A stretch of 64,000 bases of DNA from Candidatus Saccharimonadota bacterium (GTDB lineage: Bacteria > Patescibacteriota > Saccharimonadia > Saccharimonadales > UBA10212). The position numbers and the translations under genes are program-made. Of the stretch, positions 8,696 to 16,787 are shown in pieces (within the stretch, counting starts at the first letter, position 1; each line of letters starts with the position of its first letter). The stretch covers positions 238,178-302,177 of the forward strand of contig JACPKF010000001.1 in assembly GCA_016187125.1 (NCBI GenBank), read 5' to 3'. Under the pieces are notes generated by a model. That model worked only from the letters and a program-made list of their open reading frames with translations, had not been told where the DNA came from and did no database searches.

Positions 8696-9066
8696 ATTAT
8701 ATGTTAAAAAGCAAAAAACCGTTAGTATGAGACGGCTTTCTTGGTGGGCTTCGCACAGCCCACCCTTGCCCCGCACAAAAACCTGATCGGAGTAATCTGT
8801 AATCAGATTACGGAGCTTCAAGTTTTAGGGCGGGGCGTGGGCTACATGTTTTTGTTTTACAAACGCAGCCCAGTTGCGCGAAGCTGACCCTATTACACGC
8901 TTACGCTTACTTTTTGTCAACCCAGCAGTCAGCTTTCCAGACGAGCCGCGAAGCGGCTTTGTGATCCGCCCAAGGCGGATCCACTGGAAAGCCTACTGCG
9001 GGGTCAATAGTAATCACTGGTTTATGGCTTAAGCAAAATTTTTGACCTATGTTATTTTTATATCTA

Positions 9067-9618
9067 CTAATTAAGCTTGAGGAGAAATTTTTTGAGCCGT
9101 GGATAGACAGTGGCCGTTCGCAGCGAATAGCGTAGAATTTCTTCTTCGGCCATTTCTGAATTAGCCTTCGTTTGGCCGGCCGGAATAAAAATCCGATTCC
9201 AGCCAAAGCCATCATCGGTCCGCGGTTTGTCGGCCACACTACCCTCCAGTTTGCCTTCGAAGAATTTTAGCGTCTTACCATCAAAGTAAGCATAACAAAC
9301 TTCAGCAAGTGCTCGTCTATCCCCATAAAGATCAGCCAGTCGACATAAACCCTCAACATTTAGCTCATCTAAAAACCACCTGATTAGCGGGCCCGGCAGA
9401 CGCCCCATCGGCTTGAGAATAAACGATATATCCTCTACTAAAACTGGGCCTTTGATTATATTGTAGGCTTGTCGAACCTTATGTTCAGTTATCTGCCGTA
9501 GATCAAGTGACTGGATTTCATCTAAATCCAGCTTTTTATGCGGTAGCTCAAGGCCTAAATATTTAGATAGAAATTCCGCTTTTTTATCATTGCCGGTTAT
9601 AAATGTGACGTTGATCAT
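9067..9618 (-). CDS. rdgB: non-canonical purine NTP pyrophosphatase (RdgB/HAM1 family)
   Basis: N-terminal FITGNDKKAEF motif and about 183 aa, typical of ITPases. 4-nt overlap with ligA. Confidence 0.75.
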   Translation of the reverse strand: MINVTFITGNDKKAEFLSKYLGLELPHKKLDLDEIQSLDLRQITEHKVRQAYNIIKGPVLVEDISFILKPMGRLPGPLIRWFLDELNVEGLCRLADLYGDRRALAEVCYAYFDGKTLKFFEGKLEGSVADKPRTDDGFGWNRIFIPAGQTKANSEMAEEEILRYSLRTATVYPRLKKFLLKLN

Positions 9619-11672
9619 TTATCCAACAATTCGAGTAATTTCTTCTCGTCAATTTGTTTGGTGCCAAGTGTGCGGGCCTGGACCAGTTTTGCCTCGCCAA
9701 CCTTAGCACCAACCACTAAATAATCGGTCTCCTTGCCGACTGAACTTTGGAACGTTCCACCTAGAGCTCGGATTCTTTCAGCTGCTTCTTCTCGGCTCAT
9801 GGATTCCAAACTACCGGTAATCACAAAGTTTTTGCCGGTCAATGGTCCAGTGGTCCTGTGAACTTCCTTGGGATTAACCCCCAACTTTTTGAATTTATCG
9901 AGCAGCCGTTTGTGGCTAGGACGGGCAAACCACTCCACAATCGATTCCGCCACTACTTCGCCGACGCCTGCTACTTGGCTAAGCTCTTCAATGGTGGCCT
10001 GAGCTATCCTAACCAGAGAATGAAAATTATTAGCTAGGTCAATGGCCGTTTGCTCGCCTACTTGCCGAATGCCCAAACCATAAATAAATCTTGGCAGAGT
10101 TGGGCGTTTTTTGGCACCAATGGCACTAACCAGTTTGGAAGCCGAGATTTCGGCGAAGCGTTCCAGCCCAAGCAGGTCTTCTTTTTTGACCCTAAAAATG
10201 TCGGCCTGGTCTTTAATTAAGCCAGCATTGATCAGGGCCATGACATTTTTTTCACCCAAACCTTCAATATCTAGCGCCGCCTTGCTGGCAAAGTGCTGGA
10301 TCTGCTTCCAGGAACGGCTGGGGCAAGCGTTATTTGGGCATCTCCATATGGCTTCTTCTTTTTTGCTTTTTGCCAACTTTGTGTCGCAATCCGGGCAGTG
10401 CGTCGGCATAACGAATGGTTTTTCGGAACCGTCGCGTAGCTTCGTAAGCGGTTCAACAATTTCCGGAATTACGTCACCAGCCTTTTGGACGATTACACTG
10501 TCCCCTACTCTTATATCATTGCGTTTAATTTCCCCTTCGTTATGCAAAGTAGCCATCTGCACAGTGCTGCCGGACACCACTACCGGCTTCAGCATGGCTA
10601 CTGGTGTGGCCGCTCCGGTCCGGCCAATGCTGATAAATATATCCTTAACTTGGGTGGTGGCTTGTTCGGCCGGATATTTAAAAGCCACCGAGCCGCGCGG
10701 CGCCTTGCCCACCACTCCAAGTTGATCATGCAGGCGTCTATCATTAATTTTTACGACCAGTCCATCCGTGTTAAACGGTAGGTTATGGCGTTTTTCCTCC
10801 CATTTTTTATAATAATTCATGATTTCTTCAGCAGAATTAACAGCTGAAGCGATGGTATTGGCTATAATCCCGAGTTCACGCAGAGTTTTGTAAGCATATT
10901 CATTTGTGGGTACTTCGTTGCGGTTCTCGCGAATTAAATCATAAGCGTGGAAATGCAGCGGCCGCTCGGCAACCAATTTGGGATCCAGCTGACGGATGGT
11001 ACCGGCCGCCAGGTTACGTGGGTTAGCAAAAGCTGGCAAACCGGATTTAATCTGTTTTTCATTTAGTTTTTTGAACTCCTCTTTGTACATAACAATCTCG
11101 CCACGAATCTCTGTCCGTCCCTGTAAGAACTTGTGATAGGTTAAACCTATCACATTGCGGAGGCGGAGGGGGACGGATTCGATAGTGCGAATATTGGCGG
11201 TTACGTCTTCGCCTACAAAACCGTCGCCGCGGGTGATAGCCTGCTTTAAAACACCGTTTTTATAAACCAGCGCACAAGCCAAACCATCCATTTTGATATC
11301 CATAAAGAACTTCAATCGTCGAGGTTCGAGGTTCGAGGTTCGAGGTTCATTGCCCGGCATGAGCTTGGTGATACGCGCGATCCAGGCTGCCAATTCTTCT
11401 CTGTTAAAGACATCGTTGAGGCTGAGCATACGCGAGCTGTGGCGGATTTGCTTAAAACCGGGCAGCGGCTCACCGGCTACCCTTTGGGTGGGAGAGTCGG
11501 GCGTAATTAGCTCGGGATATTTCTCTTCAATTTGTGTCAGTTCATGCTTAAGACTATCGGCCGCCGCTTCACTCATAATTGATTTATTCAACACATGGTA
11601 GTTGTAACGATAATCAGAAATTAGATCACGCAATTTAGCCGCCCGATCTTTAGTTGCTTGGATATTTATCAT
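9615..11672 (-). CDS. ligA: NAD-dependent DNA ligase
   Basis: 685 aa. KMDG adenylation motif, OB fold, Cys4 zinc finger (CPDCDTKL...CPNNACP), HhH repeats and a C-terminal BRCT-like domain. Confidence 0.95.
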   Translation of the reverse strand: MINIQATKDRAAKLRDLISDYRYNYHVLNKSIMSEAAADSLKHELTQIEEKYPELITPDSPTQRVAGEPLPGFKQIRHSSRMLSLNDVFNREELAAWIARITKLMPGNEPRTSNLEPRRLKFFMDIKMDGLACALVYKNGVLKQAITRGDGFVGEDVTANIRTIESVPLRLRNVIGLTYHKFLQGRTEIRGEIVMYKEEFKKLNEKQIKSGLPAFANPRNLAAGTIRQLDPKLVAERPLHFHAYDLIRENRNEVPTNEYAYKTLRELGIIANTIASAVNSAEEIMNYYKKWEEKRHNLPFNTDGLVVKINDRRLHDQLGVVGKAPRGSVAFKYPAEQATTQVKDIFISIGRTGAATPVAMLKPVVVSGSTVQMATLHNEGEIKRNDIRVGDSVIVQKAGDVIPEIVEPLTKLRDGSEKPFVMPTHCPDCDTKLAKSKKEEAIWRCPNNACPSRSWKQIQHFASKAALDIEGLGEKNVMALINAGLIKDQADIFRVKKEDLLGLERFAEISASKLVSAIGAKKRPTLPRFIYGLGIRQVGEQTAIDLANNFHSLVRIAQATIEELSQVAGVGEVVAESIVEWFARPSHKRLLDKFKKLGVNPKEVHRTTGPLTGKNFVITGSLESMSREEAAERIRALGGTFQSSVGKETDYLVVGAKVGEAKLVQARTLGTKQIDEKKLLELLDK
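11132..11154. repeat. 23-nt perfect palindrome TGTGATAGGTTAAACCTATCACA, in-frame in ligA
   Basis: 10-nt arms plus flanking T/A around a central A. On the coding strand it encodes VIGLTYH. Identical copy at 54285-54307, 21/23 copy at 35095-35117. Confidence 0.9.
11320..11347. repeat. tandem heptanucleotide (CGAGGTT)x4 inside ligA
   Basis: Four perfect 7-nt units read directly from the sequence. They encode EPRTSNLEPR just upstream of the KMDG motif. Confidence 0.9.
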
Positions 11673-12610
11673 GACAATAGATCCCTATAAAGACTATAGC
11701 AATAGGTATGCACCAGTAAAATGAGCGAGGTGCTCAGCAAGAAAAAAACCGGCACGACTAGGACATTTATATATATTATTAGTGGTATCATCACAGCGGT
11801 GAAAACTGCCGCGACAAAAATCATAAGAAACAAAAATTTTCGCAGAACTTGCCAACGCCTAAAAGCCACTAACTTCTTGGCCGAACGCAGCGCTTGCCGC
11901 GGCTGCATGTCTGGCAGCGTCACGATGTAGAGCGCAAAAAAAGAAGAACTAATCATATAAAACGACCAAGCCGCCAAAGGCAGCATTATTAAAAGTGTTA
12001 GAGTTATAACAGTGCCGCTATCACTAATTAGGGTAGACAAAACTATGGCCACCAACCTGGTAATAAGAGTAACCGGTAAAAGCTGCAGGATAATAACCAA
12101 TACCACTAACAGGAATGGGATAAGAGGACTTGTGGAATTATAAAAAGCTTGCTTAACAGTTGCTTTTTCTCCAGCTTGCACTTGGCGCAGTGCCCATATA
12201 ATCACCAGGCTAAAAATAATCAGCAGTACACTTTGCCCCGCGCCGGAAGATCCCGAACTGGCCGCCCCAGAACTACTGGTAAGGTTGATAAGACTCAATA
12301 GTCCATCAGCCAAACTATGGGCGCTGCCAAAATTGTTTTTAATATCGGCAAAGGCCGCGTTGATATTGGTTAAACCACTAGCCAATACTATATTGAGTAT
12401 CAGATAAATCCCCATGATGCCGCCCAGTAATTTCCAGTTTTGTCGCAAAATAGCAAAAACCTGCCGCAGAAGACTAGGACCGCTCGGCAGAGGCGCAAAA
12501 GTCTTAGCTTCTTTTTTGACCGCTTGGCGCTTTTGCCGGCGCGAGGCTCTGCGCATGCGAAGCTTCGAGCCCGCCAAATCTGAGCCTTTCACCTGCCCTT
12601 TTTTTACCAC
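11669..12610 (-). CDS. polytopic membrane protein, unknown function
   Basis: 313 aa. Basic N-terminal tail and about 6 hydrophobic helices. 4-nt overlap with ligA. Confidence 0.6.
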   Translation of the reverse strand: MVKKGQVKGSDLAGSKLRMRRASRRQKRQAVKKEAKTFAPLPSGPSLLRQVFAILRQNWKLLGGIMGIYLILNIVLASGLTNINAAFADIKNNFGSAHSLADGLLSLINLTSSSGAASSGSSGAGQSVLLIIFSLVIIWALRQVQAGEKATVKQAFYNSTSPLIPFLLVVLVIILQLLPVTLITRLVAIVLSTLISDSGTVITLTLLIMLPLAAWSFYMISSSFFALYIVTLPDMQPRQALRSAKKLVAFRRWQVLRKFLFLMIFVAAVFTAVMIPLIIYINVLVVPVFFLLSTSLILLVHTYCYSLYRDLLS

Positions 12611-12674
12611 AGTCTTATTATAACCAATGATAATACCATTTACTTCTGTGTGTAACTAAGATATATTTTATCGA

Positions 12675-13292
12675 ATGAGTCAAATTACCCCAGAAGCAAG
12701 AGCAGTACGCGACACTAGAACTGAAGCTCGTTTATTGGCAGCAGCAGAAACCATGGGCCGTATATTAAATGCTACGGAAACTAACTTAGACGATTCCCAG
12801 GAAGTTATAGAACTCCTTGCTAGAGCAGAGAGTCTAACTGGCTTAAGCAGACTTTTTAGCATAGGCACTGTATTAAGAATTCTTGACTTTCCATTCGATT
12901 CAGAACGTGAGAAAGAAAAAAAGAACATTGAAGGGTTTAGAAGAGGATTTGTATTTTTGGAAAGAGCCTTTCCGAATTACAATACTCGTTCATGGAACAA
13001 TACTTATATAGACGTAGCTCTGATGTGCGCAACTGAGCTTTTCAGTCAAAAGATTGGAAGTTCTCCGAGTCATCGAAGTCAAACCCATCTTGAAAGATTT
13101 GAATTGTGGCTCTCTGGAGAGAGCAAGGAAGACATTGCACGAAGAACTTTTGTTGCTCCAGAGACTGTAAGGTTATGGATATACCAATTCCCGAAAATAT
13201 TTAGCCAACGAGTGAATTACTACGAATTAGTTCATGCGGCCGATTCACTATATTCTGTTGTAGATTCCGTTGCCAACCCGGTGGAAAATTAA
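12675..13292 (+). CDS. hypothetical protein with C-terminal HTH-like segment
   Basis: 205-aa ORF in visibly AT-richer DNA. GESKEDIARRTFVAPETVRLWIYQF resembles a sigma-r4/transposase-type HTH. Confidence 0.5.
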   Translation: MSQITPEARAVRDTRTEARLLAAAETMGRILNATETNLDDSQEVIELLARAESLTGLSRLFSIGTVLRILDFPFDSEREKEKKNIEGFRRGFVFLERAFPNYNTRSWNNTYIDVALMCATELFSQKIGSSPSHRSQTHLERFELWLSGESKEDIARRTFVAPETVRLWIYQFPKIFSQRVNYYELVHAADSLYSVVDSVANPVEN

Positions 13293-14161
13293 AGCTTCAT
13301 TTCGCGGAGAGCTTTGATACGAGCTTCAACCGGAGGGTGAGTACTGAATAAATTGCCTATACCACCTTTTTTCAGAGGGTTGGCAAAAAACATATGAGCT
13401 GTGGCGGTACTCGGTTTTTTTAAAGCGCTGCCATATTTGCCTATTTTTTCTAAGGCAGAAGCTAGGCCGTCCGGATATCGGGTGGTCAAAGCCCCCGTGG
13501 CATCGGCTAAATATTCCCGGCGGCGGCTGATGGCCAGTTGGATTAAGGAGGCGGCAATTGGAGCTAATATGACTGCAACTATCGCCAGTATATAGATTAG
13601 CTGATTGCCTTCCCGCCGATTGCCGCTGCCTCCCCAAAAAGTAATGTGCCAAAAAAAGTCGGCAATCATGGATATTATGCCGACCAGCGCGAAGGCGATG
13701 GTATTAACCCGCATATCATAGTTTTTGACGTGTCCTAGTTCGTGGGCCATTACCCCTTCTAGTTCTTGATCGTCCATCATTTGCAGCAGGCCAGTTGTGG
13801 CGCAAACCGCCGATTTATCAGGTTTTCTGCCTGTAGCAAAAGCATTGGGCGCCGGGTCATCCATAATATAAACCTTGGGCATTGGCAGGCCTTCGGTGAT
13901 CGACAGATTCTCCACCGTCCGCCACAGGCGTGGCTGGTCTTTTTTAGTGATTTCCTTGGCTCGGTTGATAGCCAACGCCATTTTGGCACCGGCAAAATAA
14001 CTAAACAGGGCATAGCTGATCGAGAATAAGCCGATAAAGAACAGCATGCCCCGCTGCCCAGTATATTCACTAATCAAGTAGGCCAAGCCCCACAGCAAAC
14101 CGATGAAAGACAGCAGTAGAATTACAGTCCGGCGTTTATTACTAGATATTTGATCGTACAT
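13289..14161 (-). CDS. htpX: zinc metalloprotease HtpX (M48 family)
   Basis: Four TM segments and a HELGHV zinc motif. 290 aa. Confidence 0.9.
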   Translation of the reverse strand: MYDQISSNKRRTVILLLSFIGLLWGLAYLISEYTGQRGMLFFIGLFSISYALFSYFAGAKMALAINRAKEITKKDQPRLWRTVENLSITEGLPMPKVYIMDDPAPNAFATGRKPDKSAVCATTGLLQMMDDQELEGVMAHELGHVKNYDMRVNTIAFALVGIISMIADFFWHITFWGGSGNRREGNQLIYILAIVAVILAPIAASLIQLAISRRREYLADATGALTTRYPDGLASALEKIGKYGSALKKPSTATAHMFFANPLKKGGIGNLFSTHPPVEARIKALREMKL

Positions 14162-14216
14162 TGCTAAAGCTCCGCTTTAGAGTAAATAGCAAAATGTAAA
14201 ATGTAAATAGTATTGT

Positions 14217-14594
14217 TCATGATGATCTGATGCTCCTGATTAAACCATTGATTATTTTATTAACCGTTACTGTGAGTTCCGTAAGTTTTTCGCAGATATC
14301 TGGTGATATATAGCCAAGGTCTTTCGCTATTAGCAGTTGATCCTGTAGTTCAGTACTTGATCCACGGGCAATAACATAGAATTGAATCTTATCGGGATTG
14401 CTCTGCCGTCCGAAACCCTCTGCAATGTTTGATTTTATTGATGTTGCACTTCGCCGCATCTGGCTCGTTAAGCCGAATCGTTCATCCGATGGAAAGCCCT
14501 TTGTTTCTCTGTAAACTGCAAGAGTCAAAACATGAGCTTTTTGCCAAGCAAACAAATCTGTAAAATGCCGGATCTTTGCCTCAGCCTTTTGCAT
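14217..14594 (-). CDS. four-helix-bundle protein (23S rRNA intervening-sequence protein / Avd-like family)
   Basis: 125 aa. FTDLFAWQKAH...SIKSNIAEGFGR...ARGSSTELQDQLLIA is the typical signature of this family. Confidence 0.75.
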   Translation of the reverse strand: MQKAEAKIRHFTDLFAWQKAHVLTLAVYRETKGFPSDERFGLTSQMRRSATSIKSNIAEGFGRQSNPDKIQFYVIARGSSTELQDQLLIAKDLGYISPDICEKLTELTVTVNKIINGLIRSIRSS

Positions 14595-14599
14595 ATTAC

Positions 14600-15172
14600 T
14601 TATTGCTTATTACTATTTGAGAAGTCGACTTTAACTGGCTCGGCAACAGCCGCTGCTTGTCCGCCGGGAACTTCAAAGAACTCACGGATTTTAAAACCCA
14701 TCATTCCAGCAAACAAGTTGGTCGGAAAGGTTTGAATTTTGATGTTCAGGTCACGGGCGGCACCATTATAAAAGCGGCGTGAGGCTTGAATTTTATCTTC
14801 GGTATCAGTAACTTCGTCCTGCAGTTTTTGGAAGTTTTCACTAGCCCGCAGCTGAGGATAAGCTTCGGCAACGGCAAACAGGCTTTTTAAAGCCGCTTGG
14901 AACATATTGTCGGCCTTGGCGGCTTCGGCCGGTCCCTCTGCACTCATAGCTCGAGTCCTGGCCTCGGTTACTTTTTGAAATACGCTGCTCTCGTGTTTAG
15001 CATAACCTTTAACGGCCTCGACTAGATTTGGGATTAAATCATAGCGGCGCTTTAGCTGGACGGTGATATCGCTCCAGGCCTCGTCGGTTCGGACTTTGGC
15101 TCTTACTAAGGTGTTATAAATTACTATGATTGTCAGCAAAATTAGGCCGACAATGATTAACGCAATGACCAT
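14600..15172 (-). CDS. lemA: LemA family protein
   Basis: N-terminal TM helix, YNTLV...RRYDLIPNLVE...RRFYNGAARDLN motifs. Confidence 0.9.
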   Translation of the reverse strand: MVIALIIVGLILLTIIVIYNTLVRAKVRTDEAWSDITVQLKRRYDLIPNLVEAVKGYAKHESSVFQKVTEARTRAMSAEGPAEAAKADNMFQAALKSLFAVAEAYPQLRASENFQKLQDEVTDTEDKIQASRRFYNGAARDLNIKIQTFPTNLFAGMMGFKIREFFEVPGGQAAAVAEPVKVDFSNSNKQ

Positions 15173-15349
15173 TTCACCCTCCTTATGGATTGTCCTTTAG
15201 ATTATACACCCTACTAAAGGACAAAATGAGTCTATGGATTCATCTAGCACGCCAATTAACCCGATATTTCACGATCGTAAAATAAAGTAGGAATTGGCAA
15301 ATCGACTTATTTTAAGTATCAGCAGGTGGTCTGTTGAATACGGTGTATC

Positions 15350-16537
15350 ATGATCGTAGCCATGAGTGGAAAGAAAATGATGTTGCTGGCGGCAGGTTTT
15401 TTGCTGATTTTGGGGTTATATCAATATAGTCGGCCGTTGCCAGCCATTGATGCTATTTCTTCACTTAGTGTCCCCGAAACTGGCAAGGCTATAACTTTGC
15501 CCTGGCCAGCTTACGGCCAAGCGGCGATCAGCGCTCAAGGTTATGGCTTGCTGGCCACAAGTGGCGAGCAGAAACCAGTGCCTATGGCATCTATTGCTAA
15601 GGTGGTTACAGCTCTGGCCGTCTTAAAGCAAAAACCACTGGAAAAAGGCCAGCAGGGGCCCAACATCACCATAAGTAAAGATGATGTGGCAATTTACAAC
15701 TCTTATTATTCTCAGGACGGCTCGGTTGTTAAAGTCGAAGCCGGCGAGCAAATCAGTCAATACCAAGCCTTGCAAGCACTTTTGATCCCCTCCGCTAATA
15801 ATATGGCCGAGACTCTGGCGCGTTGGGCCTTCGGCTCGATGGAAAACTATGTTACGTATGCCAACCAAATGTTGCAGGGATTGTCCCTGCAAAACACCCA
15901 AGTAGCCGATGCCAGCGGCTTTTCACCCCAATCAGTTAGTTCTGCCAAGGATCTTGCAAGGCTCGGCCTTGCAGCCATTGGTAACGCTGTGCTGGCCAGC
16001 ATAGTCGGCCAACAAACCGCCGAACTGCCGGTGGCCGGAACTGTTAATAACTTAAATTGGCTGCTTGGCGAGGATGGCGTGATTGGTATCAAGACTGGCA
16101 ATACTGATCAAGCTGGTGGTTGCTATCTTTTCGCTTCTCGTCGAGTGGTTGACGGTCAAAGCGTGACAGTGGTAGGCGCCGTAATGGGGGCTCCGGATCG
16201 CAATACGGCTATCAGCGATTCCCGGACGATACTGCGCTCAATCGATACCAGCTTTGAAAATGTAGTAGTCATTCATAAAGATCAAATCATCGGCTATTAT
16301 CAGACGCCATGGGGAGCAAAAGCCGATGCAGTCGCTGATCAGAACCTAAGCATCTTGGCCTGGCGCGGCAGTCAACTGCAAACCAACGCCAAACTTAACA
16401 AGCTCAAAGCTCCGGCTAGAGCTGGAACTTTAGTGGGTTCAGTATCCGTAACTAGTGGCCAAAAAACCAGTTCAATCCCGGTCATTTTAAAATCCAACCT
16501 GCCCGGCCCATCCTGGCACTGGCGAATATTGCGTTAA
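15350..16537 (+). CDS. D-alanyl-D-alanine carboxypeptidase (S11, PBP5/6-like)
   Basis: SxxK (SIAKV), SxN (SANN) and KTG (KTGNT) motifs in the correct order. N-terminal anchor. Confidence 0.85.
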   Translation: MIVAMSGKKMMLLAAGFLLILGLYQYSRPLPAIDAISSLSVPETGKAITLPWPAYGQAAISAQGYGLLATSGEQKPVPMASIAKVVTALAVLKQKPLEKGQQGPNITISKDDVAIYNSYYSQDGSVVKVEAGEQISQYQALQALLIPSANNMAETLARWAFGSMENYVTYANQMLQGLSLQNTQVADASGFSPQSVSSAKDLARLGLAAIGNAVLASIVGQQTAELPVAGTVNNLNWLLGEDGVIGIKTGNTDQAGGCYLFASRRVVDGQSVTVVGAVMGAPDRNTAISDSRTILRSIDTSFENVVVIHKDQIIGYYQTPWGAKADAVADQNLSILAWRGSQLQTNAKLNKLKAPARAGTLVGSVSVTSGQKTSSIPVILKSNLPGPSWHWRILR

Positions 16538-16569
16538 TTGGGTAAAATAACAGAGGTTAATGAAGCTGA

Positions 16570-16688
16570 CCAATTTTGTAAAATCGTGTTTCAGTAGACT
16601 TTTACAAAATTGAGAGGAGTGGCCATAGCCATAAGCCGAAGCTTTTGCCAGACCTGGCGAAACGAGGTATTGGCGTAGGCCTCGACGA
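16570..16688 (+). promoter_or_regulatory. tRNA leader module copy A
   Basis: CCAATT, a perfect 12-bp hairpin (16572-16611), AATTGAGAGGAG, then exactly 69 nt to tRNA-Leu(CAG). A TAAAAT box lies at 16543-16548 upstream. Confidence 0.6.
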
Positions 16689-16775
16689 GGCGCAGTGGTG
16701 AAATTGGTATACACGCTACGTTCAGGACGTAGTGGGGGTAACCCCGTGAAGGTTCAAGTCCTTTCTGCGCCACCA
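16689..16775 (+). tRNA. tRNA-Leu (anticodon CAG), type II, CCA encoded
   Basis: Acceptor GGCGCAG/CUGCGCC, anticodon stem CUACG/CGUAG with loop UUCAGGA, long variable arm, T loop UUCAAGU. Confidence 0.9.
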
Positions 16776-16787
16776 AAAATTGGACAT

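Noticed and set aside
14217-14594. Diversity-generating retroelement suggested by the Avd-like protein
   Set aside because: There is no reverse transcriptase ORF and no template/variable repeat pair with A-specific mismatches anywhere in the window.
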